Notes: a model not told the origin generated them from the sequence alone. A stretch of DNA of 42,384 nucleotides from Pseudomonadota bacterium (GCA_039800365.1 JBDLQW010000031.1:1-42384); one strand, 5' to 3'. Shown: positions 32,492-40,250, counted from the stretch's first letter. A program made the numbers and translations.

Positions 32492-33664
32492 GTGATTCCG
32501 CTAAGCCAGTCTCCCACACAACGCCCGACCATCACGGTCGTCACTGATCCTAGCCTCGGACGCGAACGGCAAGCTTCGCTGCTGAAGACCTGGGCTATGC
32601 TTCGAAAGATCGCCGATGTCACGATTTTGCCGACCAAGACCACTGAATTTCATCTGCTCGATCATCTCGAAAGGCACCAACCCCAGCTCACGCTTCTGCC
32701 GTGGCAGCACTACCTGAGCTGGAGTCGAATCGAAGGTTACTACGGCCTCACCCGAACCTCAGGCCCCACGATCGCAGGTTATTTCGGCGGCCCAACCGAC
32801 CGTCAGGAAATTGGCTCGGTCAACCTCTATCACCGACTGATTCTCTTAGACCTGTTTAGCACCAGCCCTATCGAAAGGTTACGGCTGATCCACGCCCTCT
32901 TGCATGATCGCCTGCGCTCGGGGCTTCGCCCCCTCGTCAGCTCAAAAGCCCTTCGGTATTACGAGTCATGGAAAGGCAATCACCCTCCGGGACTTACTGT
33001 CGATTCGCTCGTCTCGCTACCTGCGCTTCGCGAAGCTCCCTGGAAAAACCGTCTCCCCTCGATTCAGCTGATCGCGCTGTCGCTTTGGAACTTAGCTTTT
33101 GAGGATGGTCGCGCACTAGCTCGAAGCGACTGGATCAAAAAAATCCAATCGAACCGAGTTCGAGCCTATTTCGAGCTCACACTCGACCATAATATCCTCG
33201 CGTTTCGAGTCTGCTACCAGCAACAGCCCAATTCAGCTCGATCGATCATCGAAGACTTTTGGCCCGACACGCTACAGGCTCATACACCGTTTCGAAGGAT
33301 TCTCGAGCAGAACGTCGATCTTTTGCGCATTCATCCGATCGCCGAACGAAGTGAAATTGAAATCGTGGTGAGCCTATTCAAATCAGGGGCCAAAGAGCGC
33401 CCGAGCTCTGAATTGCGGTCGCTGTGGATCGAGCCCTTGGCGATGCACCTCGTAAAAGAAATGCCGTCGGCACCCGAAGACGAAGACAGCGATAGCATCC
33501 CACTTCCCTCAATGACCATGACGGGAGTCGACGAGCAAGTGATCGACCTGAATCGTGCGCAACGGCAAATTTCCTGGCTAGAAGAGCAGCTCGATGAACG
33601 CGACAAGCAAATCAAGGAGCTTCTGACCGGCGGATTGCATCAACCCAGCAAAAAGTCGGCCTGA
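32492..33664 (+). CDS. hypothetical protein with C-terminal coiled coil, divergent from the kinase operon
   Basis: 390-aa ORF from GTG 32492, with AAGGA 8 nt upstream. The N-terminal ~120 aa has an alpha/beta receiver-like feel (ITVVTD ... QLTLLPW), but I see no conserved phospho-acceptor Asp. C-terminal coiled coil QRQISWLEEQLDERDKQIKELL. Confidence 0.55.
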   Translation: MIPLSQSPTQRPTITVVTDPSLGRERQASLLKTWAMLRKIADVTILPTKTTEFHLLDHLERHQPQLTLLPWQHYLSWSRIEGYYGLTRTSGPTIAGYFGGPTDRQEIGSVNLYHRLILLDLFSTSPIERLRLIHALLHDRLRSGLRPLVSSKALRYYESWKGNHPPGLTVDSLVSLPALREAPWKNRLPSIQLIALSLWNLAFEDGRALARSDWIKKIQSNRVRAYFELTLDHNILAFRVCYQQQPNSARSIIEDFWPDTLQAHTPFRRILEQNVDLLRIHPIAERSEIEIVVSLFKSGAKERPSSELRSLWIEPLAMHLVKEMPSAPEDEDSDSIPLPSMTMTGVDEQVIDLNRAQRQISWLEEQLDERDKQIKELLTGGLHQPSKKSA

Positions 33665-33715
33665 TTCAAAAAAACAGACTGCTTTTTGGGCCTTGAGATT
33701 TGACCAAGAACGCGA

Positions 33716-34558
33716 TTGCATACTTCAGTGAACCGCGGAACAGGATCCTTCCTTACGGCGCTGCTTCTTCACGGGTTGCTGGTTTTGATCTTGCTGGGAA
33801 TTCAGGCGGTGTCGCCTTGGCTCTCAAGGCCTGCTACCGAGCAAGCAAAGCCCCTGCTCGTCGAGCTCGACTCGAATACTCCTGAACCCAAGCGCCGGCT
33901 CTTGATCTCGAAATCACAGAAGACTTCACCAGCACCAGATCACGCGCAGTACTTTTCGTCTGAGAATCAGCGTGTGGCTCAGGAAACCCGAGCGCGCCCC
34001 CTACGCTGGCAAGATCTTCAATCTCCTTCGCTACGAAAGAGCCTGACTCGGTCGGGGCCAGCCCTTGAAGATCGCTCTGAATCACGACCCACGAGCACCT
34101 CGCCTAGCAATCCCTCTTATTCTGCCCGCTCTGAGCTTCAAGAACTTCAGGATTCGTCGTTACCTTGGGGCGCTCAGAACCTCCTCAACACCGTAGAGAA
34201 CGTTCATTACTCGTTTTACTCGCGAATCTATGAATCGCTTGCTCCGATCTGGAGAAGCTATATTCGACGAGCGCCTCTTGAGCGAAGCCTTTCTCCTGGA
34301 GAGTACCGAGTGATTGCGAATCTCGTCTTAGACTCAGCCGGAAATCTCCTCGATGTTGAGTTTCAAGAACGATCAGACATCCCGTACTTCAACGAGGCCG
34401 TACGCCTTTCGGCAGCAAAAGTGGCACGTTTTCCGAATCCTCCAAAAAGTTTGATCGGCCCAGACCATCAAGTGCGCACGCGCTGGAGCTTTACGGTAAA
34501 CGTTGATGAAAACGCGTTGTTTCGATTAGCGCCGCCCCGGCGACTCGACGCCGGTTGA
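33716..34558 (+). CDS. TonB-family C-terminal domain protein
   Basis: 280 aa (TTG 33716 or GTG 33728). N-terminal TM typical of TonB (FLTALLLHGLLVLILLG), a Pro/Ser-rich spacer, and a C-terminal TonB-C-like segment (YRVIANLVLDSAGNLLDVEFQERSDIPYFNEAV ... FPNPP). Confidence 0.65.
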   Translation: MHTSVNRGTGSFLTALLLHGLLVLILLGIQAVSPWLSRPATEQAKPLLVELDSNTPEPKRRLLISKSQKTSPAPDHAQYFSSENQRVAQETRARPLRWQDLQSPSLRKSLTRSGPALEDRSESRPTSTSPSNPSYSARSELQELQDSSLPWGAQNLLNTVENVHYSFYSRIYESLAPIWRSYIRRAPLERSLSPGEYRVIANLVLDSAGNLLDVEFQERSDIPYFNEAVRLSAAKVARFPNPPKSLIGPDHQVRTRWSFTVNVDENALFRLAPPRRLDAG

Positions 34559-34566
34559 ACAGGTTA

Positions 34567-35385
34567 TTAGGGTAAAAAACCAACAATAATCCATCTCCAA
34601 ACCCCCCAAGTCAGCAACGCAGCAAGGACTACTTGAGTTTCGGTTTGCCGTACAAAAGCGCGCGCAGCCTCTTTCCACGTTACTGAGCCAGGATCTGTTC
34701 GCCGACGCACTTGCATGAATGCCTCACGAAGCACTCGCAAGTCTTCGGATTTCGCCTCCGAAACCTCTAATGAACGAGGCACCATCGTTTCGACTTGGTA
34801 GTAGAGATCTCGGCAGCGATTCAAAGCACCTCGACAGGAGTCGCACGCCATTAAATGATTCTGCAAAAAAAGACGTTCTCGGGGCGCGAACTCCTCATCC
34901 AAAAATCGTTGAGTCCAAGGCACCAACGGATCGAACTCAGGACAACTCGAGCGTCGGGGTGAGACCCCTGCAGCGCCTAGTGACGCCAGGGGTTTCTTCG
35001 GATCAGAACGCTGAGAGGCCAGATGCACGCGCAACTTCCAGGCTCTTGAGGCCACTTGCTCTTCCGAGCACCCCAAAACCCGAGACAAGCGAGGGTAACT
35101 CCAGCGCTCAGAATGAAGCCCCACAAGTAAAAGGCGCTCTTCGGGAAGAAGCCGAAAAAAGGGATCCTGAAGACGAGAGTTGGGAACTCGTTCCCCCTCT
35201 CGCAAGGCGCGCGCAAGCAAAGCGGCACTCGCACGTTCCAACGTGCGCTCAGGCGAAAGCCTCAGGAGGCCCACTGCCTGAAGGGTTTCCGCCGTGCGAG
35301 CTCGCGAGAGAGCCGGATCCACCCAGAGGGCCTGACCAATTTGTGAGAGTGCTCGTAAGTCCTGCCAGTCCATCCGCCTCGCCAT
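34567..35385 (-). CDS. membrane protein fusing a sigma70 region-4-like HTH to a zf-HC2 anti-sigma motif
   Basis: LPEERLLLVGLHSERWSYPRLSRVLGCSEEQVASRAWKLRVHL reads as sigma region 4. HLMACDSCRGAL gives the H-x3-C-x2-C of zf-HC2. C-terminal TM (VVLAALLTWGVWRWIIVGF). The ORF opens at GTG 35481 without an SD, so ATG 35385 or 35373 is preferred. Confidence 0.6.
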   Translation of the reverse strand: MARRMDWQDLRALSQIGQALWVDPALSRARTAETLQAVGLLRLSPERTLERASAALLARALREGERVPNSRLQDPFFRLLPEERLLLVGLHSERWSYPRLSRVLGCSEEQVASRAWKLRVHLASQRSDPKKPLASLGAAGVSPRRSSCPEFDPLVPWTQRFLDEEFAPRERLFLQNHLMACDSCRGALNRCRDLYYQVETMVPRSLEVSEAKSEDLRVLREAFMQVRRRTDPGSVTWKEAARAFVRQTETQVVLAALLTWGVWRWIIVGFLP

Positions 35386-35569
35386 CTCTTTCTCTTGATC
35401 CAGAATACGGAAGGCTTGAGAAACTGCCAAAACTTTTGACAGGTGTTTGAGACCTACCCCCAAGCTCTGTCGAAGCCTCACTTGAAACCAGCAGAGAGTG
35501 ACCCGAAAAAAGCGCCAAAATTCTAGGGGTTAGGCACGAAATCGGCCATTCCATTCTGTCAGCCCCTCT

Positions 35570-35585
35570 TGGCCCCGGCATTGCA
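35570..35585 (+). promoter_or_regulatory. sigma54 (RpoN) -24/-12 promoter, near consensus
   Basis: TGGCCC-cggca-TTGCA has one mismatch to TGGCAC-N5-TTGCA and correct spacing. It lies 34 nt upstream of ATG 35619, with a GAGGAA SD in between. A weaker element (AGGCAC-gaaat-CGGCC) sits at 35532-35547. Confidence 0.55.
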
Positions 35586-35618
35586 CTACAGCTGGGTCGA
35601 GAGAGAAACGAGGAAACC

Positions 35619-36350
35619 ATGAAGACTCTAACCGCAAAACCCCTCAGCAAAAGCGCCATCCTCTTGGCGATTCTTGTTCTTACGGCTTGTGGAGGAGAAG
35701 CATATCGCCCCAATACCTCGATCAACGGGGGGAACAATAACGGTTCCGGTTCAGGTTCAGGCTCAGGTTCTGGAACTGACTGGGGAGGCGGAGGCTCGGG
35801 CGGAGGTTCAGGTGGAGGATCATCGAACCCCATCACTACCGTTCCTGCAGTTCGTTATGACTTCACGGTCACGGGAAAAACTGGAACGGCTGAAACCTAC
35901 ACGGCCCCTGCAGTAGACACCGACAACTTGCTACAGGTTCGAATCACTGCTGCAGCTGCGGGGTCGCTTAGCCTCTCCTCAGGCGGGTATTCAAACTTTT
36001 CAGCCAACTACACTTGCGTCGAGTACCGAGTCGAAGCGCTCGGTCAGGTTCAGTCTACGGGGCTTTTGAGCGTCTCGGGAAATAGCTCGCTCTGCCCAGG
36101 AGCTCCGAGCTCACGTGATCTCGACTTCTCGGGAAGCTTGGCTAGCGGCCACAACACCGTGAACGTGAAAGTGGTTGAAGTACGCTACGACTTTTATTGC
36201 CAAATGTATCTGAATGGCTACATGCCCCACCTCAATTACTCTTGGGCGATGGCTAATTACTGCCAGAACGGCTATCCGGTTTATAAAAACCATACCGTTA
36301 AGGGGAAGATTCAGATTCGAGTTAACGGCACTCAGTTTTCAGCGAACTAA
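35619..36350 (+). CDS. lipoprotein with Gly/Ser linker and beta-rich, 4-Cys C-terminal domain; function unknown
   Basis: 243 aa with lipobox LVLTAC. (GS)5 and GGGS repeats are followed by a beta-strand-rich domain. Good SD. The 3' end overlaps the convergent gene by 29 nt. Confidence 0.75.
   Translation: MKTLTAKPLSKSAILLAILVLTACGGEAYRPNTSINGGNNNGSGSGSGSGSGTDWGGGGSGGGSGGGSSNPITTVPAVRYDFTVTGKTGTAETYTAPAVDTDNLLQVRITAAAAGSLSLSSGGYSNFSANYTCVEYRVEALGQVQSTGLLSVSGNSSLCPGAPSSRDLDFSGSLASGHNTVNVKVVEVRYDFYCQMYLNGYMPHLNYSWAMANYCQNGYPVYKNHTVKGKIQIRVNGTQFSAN
35742..35825 (+). repeat. low-complexity GGTTCN / GGAGGN microsatellite-like tract encoding the Gly/Ser linker
   Basis: ggttcc ggttca ggttca ggctca ggttct, then ggaggc/ggaggt units. 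Encodes GSGSGSGSGSG..GGGGSGGGSGGGSS. Confidence 0.8.
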
Positions 36351-37425
36351 GAAAAGCTGTGAGCTCTCGGTCTTCAAGTTCTTTTGTGACCCGCTCTTTG
36401 GAGAGCCCCGCAACTCCTACGCGGATCGCTTGAAGGAGTCGAGTGGTGGACTTTCCGCAACTCTCCCAGAGCGATTGCCAAACGTCTGCGCCGGACTCGT
36501 AAGTCGCAAACTGAATGAGAGTGGCGTTATTCAGGGTGCGAGCCTGCGGCCAATTCAAATCCCGCTTCAGACGAGCGAGAACTTCACCTTTGATCTCAGA
36601 CTTCTCGTCTCTCGATCGCGGTGACTCATAAACCTCCTTCAGGAATCGGTACGCCGATCGAAGGAGCTCTTTCCGTCGTGAGGCCGCTGCAAGCCCCTTC
36701 TGATACGTTTCTTCCCACTGCAGACTCGCTTCGCTTCCCCCCACGCGCTTCTCGCGCAAATACTCGAGCGTCAGCTTTTCTCCAAGAAACTGAGCAAGAC
36801 TCTCGTTCAGGGTACTTTGTCCCGAGAGGTGAAGCGTCGCGTGCACCGACTCATGCAAGACCACTTCAGCTAAGTCACCCAGATCATCGACCTCTGGAAT
36901 CATGGTCGATAGAATCGGATCACGAAACCAGCCCAGCGTTGAATAGGCGCTGGCGGGTCGAAGGTCGCTATCGTAGCCCTGAGATTCAAGCCCTTGACGA
37001 AAAGACTCGGCAGCATCTCGATCGAACCAGCCCAAATAGCTAAAGCCTCCGACCACCGGAAAAACCCAGCGTTTCGCCTCAAAACGCAAAGGCTCACAGG
37101 CACTCACCACCCAAACGGCCGCTGGACGTCTTAGATCGGAGTATTCTTCGTAGTTTCGAGTAGCTCTCAAGCCTACTCGCACTGCAAAGCGCTTGATTTC
37201 AGGAATCTCTTTTAAGGCTCGCTTGACTCGCTCAGAAACTTCTGGCCTACCCAGCACCTCATCAATCAGCCGGGCGCGATTACTGATCCGCAACTGACCT
37301 ATTGCTGCCTGAATGAAGTAGCTCGGGCCGATCTCGCCTCCCCGCGGCGTCGAGCAAGCTGCAGTAGCCATAAGCAAAGCCGCAGCTAGACTGATTCGGG
37401 CTTTTCTAGAACGCAAACGATCCAC
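36322..37425 (-). CDS. zinc metallopeptidase-like lipoprotein (predicted-aminopeptidase family-like)
   Basis: 367 aa with lipobox MATAACS and HExxH motif (VVLHESVHATLH). Size and layout resemble the 'putative aminopeptidase' lipoprotein family. The family call is from memory only. Confidence 0.6.
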   Translation of the reverse strand: MDRLRSRKARISLAAALLMATAACSTPRGGEIGPSYFIQAAIGQLRISNRARLIDEVLGRPEVSERVKRALKEIPEIKRFAVRVGLRATRNYEEYSDLRRPAAVWVVSACEPLRFEAKRWVFPVVGGFSYLGWFDRDAAESFRQGLESQGYDSDLRPASAYSTLGWFRDPILSTMIPEVDDLGDLAEVVLHESVHATLHLSGQSTLNESLAQFLGEKLTLEYLREKRVGGSEASLQWEETYQKGLAAASRRKELLRSAYRFLKEVYESPRSRDEKSEIKGEVLARLKRDLNWPQARTLNNATLIQFATYESGADVWQSLWESCGKSTTRLLQAIRVGVAGLSKERVTKELEDRELTAFLSSLKTECR

Positions 37426-37975
37426 CGACGGTGAACCCCACGTTATCTCGGTAAGTGCGAATACTGCCCCCAGTGAGATAACTCGTCACTTCAGCTCGAA
37501 TTCCGAAGGTTCGCGTGATGTAGAATCGCGAGCCACCGCCGATCACGGCGGTAATCGAATCGGTTCGAGGGTTGGGCGATGTTCCATTTCCGTACTCGCC
37601 TGTTGCCTCGCGATTCAACTGACCCGCTCCTACTTTGAAGTAGGGCTGAATCCACGCGAAGGTAAAGAGGTTCTGAATCCAGTTGACGCTATAGACTCGA
37701 TCGCGAAACTGCGTATCTTCATAGCCGATGATCTTGTTCCGATCGACCACGTCCTGAAACGACAGCTCGATACTGCTGACGGGGCTGAATTTCAAACCCA
37801 AGCTTCCACCCCAACGCCGGTTCCAGCTGAAATTTCCAGCACTGAAGTTCTGCCTCGTAAACGAGAAGCCCAGCGAAGCCTCAAAAAGCTCTGCTCGTGC
37901 TACAGGCTGCGGAATCAAGAATACGACCGACAACAACAAAAGAAACTTAATACCCGCTCTGAATACCCTTTTCAT
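37406..37975 (-). CDS. small outer-membrane beta-barrel protein (OmpA-like/OmpW-like barrel)
   Basis: 189 aa with signal peptide (LLLLSVVFLIPQPVARA), alternating strands, and the C-terminal aromatic signature GGSFAF. Confidence 0.75.
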   Translation of the reverse strand: MKRVFRAGIKFLLLLSVVFLIPQPVARAELFEASLGFSFTRQNFSAGNFSWNRRWGGSLGLKFSPVSSIELSFQDVVDRNKIIGYEDTQFRDRVYSVNWIQNLFTFAWIQPYFKVGAGQLNREATGEYGNGTSPNPRTDSITAVIGGGSRFYITRTFGIRAEVTSYLTGGSIRTYRDNVGFTVGGSFAF

Positions 37976-37999
37976 TTTGGATCACTCCACCTTGAGTCA

Positions 38000-39109
38000 T
38001 CATGGTTCCACCGACGTTGGGATCCTTCCCAATTCCTTCAAAAGATTTTCTCGTTCGTGCGATTGCCGGGCCCGAAATGTTTTTATTAATCGCTGTTCGA
38101 GGGCTTCGGCTTCGCGAACCCTCGAATACTTCTGAGTTTTCTTCGAGCCCGTGCCGGCAAGCACCTTTCGATGAAATCGCTCTTTGAGCTCAAGCGCCTC
38201 GGCGCTCGACTCGCTTCGACGGTAATCCGCAGTCGATTCGCCAGCGGCAAGCTCGGCGCTGGTGCCCACGACCGGCTCTGAGGCGGGTGCGCGACCCGTC
38301 GAAGCGGGAGCCGCATGCTCGTCTAAAGGAACTGCTTGCTCGCCCTCAATTCCGCGCGTGAAAGTCGCTGGAAAAACCCGCCTTTGACGTTCGAGCGCCA
38401 CTCGTAGCGCGCGAGCCATCTTTTTTTCAGGAATCGCAAGAGACTTCAAAATCGGCTTCAGCGAGGCGATCGTAATGGCTTTGGGCTGATCAGGAACCAC
38501 ACGTTCGTGATCGAGATCCAGAACGCTGGACTCTCCTTCACGCACCACCACTGAGTCTTCAGTGGTGAAGCGATTCTCAAGCGATCCGATTTGATCCAGC
38601 ACCACCCACTGCGTGCGTTGCTTTTCAGGATCATACAAAAGCAAAGCCGATCCCATCTTCATCTGAGCCCGAGCGTTGGGAGTCAGCGCTCGAAAGGCAT
38701 GATCATCCCCAAAGGCCTGCACATAAACCCCGCCCCGAAGTAAGCTCACAGCTGCATCTTGATCCTGAACCTGCACAAAACTCGAAGGGCTTACTCTCAT
38801 TAATTGCCCCGCACGATGCCGAACTTCGACCCATCCCACGGTAGTTGAGATCCAGGCACCACAACTTACAGCCAGTCCCGCTCTTGCCTCATCGACATGA
38901 GTCCTCGATGCGCTCATGACGAAGACCTCGCCTGCAAATTGCTCAACAACACCACAGGGAACAGGTTGACTCTCAGGCGCCGCTGCAGTGGGCTCTGCTC
39001 GTAAGTTTTGGCTGCTCAACGCCCCTGCTACCAGCATGAGGGTCGCAACGAAAGAGGATGCCCCTTTAGTGAGTTTGGGCCGGCACACGTGCACGAGCAC
39101 CTCCGTCAT
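38000..39109 (-). CDS. FecR-domain-like secreted/periplasmic protein
   Basis: 369-aa ORF with N-terminal signal (FVATLMLVAGALSSQNLRA). FecR-like stretch GEVFVMSASRTHVDEARAGLAVSCGAWISTTVGWVEVRHRAGQLMRVSPSSFVQV. Start uncertain: GTG 39094 or 39088 follow GGAGG. Confidence 0.6.
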   Translation of the reverse strand: MTEVLVHVCRPKLTKGASSFVATLMLVAGALSSQNLRAEPTAAAPESQPVPCGVVEQFAGEVFVMSASRTHVDEARAGLAVSCGAWISTTVGWVEVRHRAGQLMRVSPSSFVQVQDQDAAVSLLRGGVYVQAFGDDHAFRALTPNARAQMKMGSALLLYDPEKQRTQWVVLDQIGSLENRFTTEDSVVVREGESSVLDLDHERVVPDQPKAITIASLKPILKSLAIPEKKMARALRVALERQRRVFPATFTRGIEGEQAVPLDEHAAPASTGRAPASEPVVGTSAELAAGESTADYRRSESSAEALELKERFHRKVLAGTGSKKTQKYSRVREAEALEQRLIKTFRARQSHERENLLKELGRIPTSVEP

Positions 39110-40079
39110 CCTGATGGGGGTTGATCCAACGCGCTTCGGGAGATCGCGGGTGATACTCTAAGAGCTCACCCAAGCGCGACTGAGCGACTTGATGATGACC
39201 ACGCCTCTGGGCGACCAAGGCCTTCCAAAGCCTTGCCTGAGCCGCATTCTTAAGTTCAGAGGCACGCGCATCATCCTCGGCCACCCGCTCGATCGCTCGA
39301 CTGAAGAATGTTTCAGCCAACTCCCAGTTCTTCAATCGGTACCACGCAACGCCCGTCATCAACGCATGACCCGAAGACTGAAACTCGGGCGCATCCGCGA
39401 TTCCTGAAAGAAACGTGAAGATCTTGGCTGCCTTCTCACTCTCGCCACTTTTGAAGTAGCCCACTGCCAGCGCGTACAGCTGCTGAGGCATCAAGTGAGT
39501 GGGAATCACATAAGAGATACTTGCTACCGAGCGCGCTGCCTGGCTTCCCAGCTTACGAGCGAGCTGCTCGCCTTTTTCAGATGTCCACTCGCGGGCCCGA
39601 GCCTCGTGGAGGGCTGAAGTTGCTGCCTCAGCTCGAAGGCGAAGTTGAGTGTTTTCAAGCTTCAGTCGCTGATTCTCGAGATCGAGGCGACGAATTTCTC
39701 GAACGGTGGCTTGAAGAGACTGAAATGCCTCAGAGACGCGTGCCAAGAACCCCGATGAAGGGGCATGCGCGGGCTTATCGTGCTCAGCATGCGCGGGCTT
39801 ATCGTGCTCGGCATGCGTGGGCTTATCGTGCTCGGCATGCGTGGGCTTATCGTGCTCAGCATGCGTGGGCTTATCGTGCTCAGCATGCGCGGGCTTATCG
39901 TGCTCAGCATGCGCGGGCTGATCGTGCTCAGCATGCGCGGGCTCAGCGCCCTCACCATGAGCTGACGAGGGCTTTTTCTTCAAAAAGAAGACACCGCCCC
40001 CTCCCACGACCAAACTGAGAGCGATGCCAATGGCCACGCCCTTCTTTTTAGCCCTGAGTTTTTCAAGCCATGCGCTCAC
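39066..40079 (-). CDS. bitopic protein with HAEHDKP(A/T) tandem repeats, coiled coil and TPR-like C-terminus
   Basis: 337 aa. TM (VAIGIALSLVVGGGGVFFL), then seven to eight 8-residue His/Asp/Glu repeats, a coiled coil (RRLDLENQRLKLENTQLRL), and a TPR-like helical domain. Confidence 0.7.
   Translation of the reverse strand: MSAWLEKLRAKKKGVAIGIALSLVVGGGGVFFLKKKPSSAHGEGAEPAHAEHDQPAHAEHDKPAHAEHDKPTHAEHDKPTHAEHDKPTHAEHDKPAHAEHDKPAHAPSSGFLARVSEAFQSLQATVREIRRLDLENQRLKLENTQLRLRAEAATSALHEARAREWTSEKGEQLARKLGSQAARSVASISYVIPTHLMPQQLYALAVGYFKSGESEKAAKIFTFLSGIADAPEFQSSGHALMTGVAWYRLKNWELAETFFSRAIERVAEDDARASELKNAAQARLWKALVAQRRGHHQVAQSRLGELLEYHPRSPEARWINPHQDDGGARARVPAQTH
39763..39954. repeat. 24-bp in-frame tandem repeat, 7 near-identical units plus 1 degenerate unit
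   Basis: The unit gcatgcgcgggcttatcgtgctca repeats head to tail from 39763. Units differ only at position 8 (c/t), position 24 (a/g) and one t>g change in unit 7. The last unit (39931-39954) has diverged. Confidence 0.92.
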
Positions 40080-40250
40080 AAGTGAACCCTCTTCAAGAGT
40101 CCGATCGGCGCAACGGCTATCAACCTTAAGAAAAATCAGAGGGCCCGAGAAAGTACTCGATCAAGAAACTCGCTTGAAGAGCTTCGACCCGAGTTCACGT
40201 CAGAAGCCTGACGCCCCGACTACTCTTCGAGTCACCCTCGAGCAAAAGCG

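Noticed and set aside
34719-35836. ORFs 34719-35450 (+, 243 aa) and 35249-35836 (-, 195 aa, with a PEPEPEPEPEP run).
   Set aside because: The first is antisense to the ORF carrying the region-4 HTH and zf-HC2 motifs. The second is the antisense reading of the Gly/Ser linker and the sigma54 promoter region of the lipoprotein gene. Neither has its own signals.
39763-39954. Could the regular 24-bp array be a CRISPR?
   Set aside because: The units are contiguous with no spacers, lie inside a long ORF in frame, and no cas genes are present.
39521-40018. Three extra ORFs across the 24-bp repeat (39521-40018 +, 39662-39958 -, 39765-39965 +).
   Set aside because: They are artefacts of a repeat unit that is a multiple of three with no stops in any frame. 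Only the 39066-40079 frame continues into a TM segment upstream and a TPR-like domain downstream.
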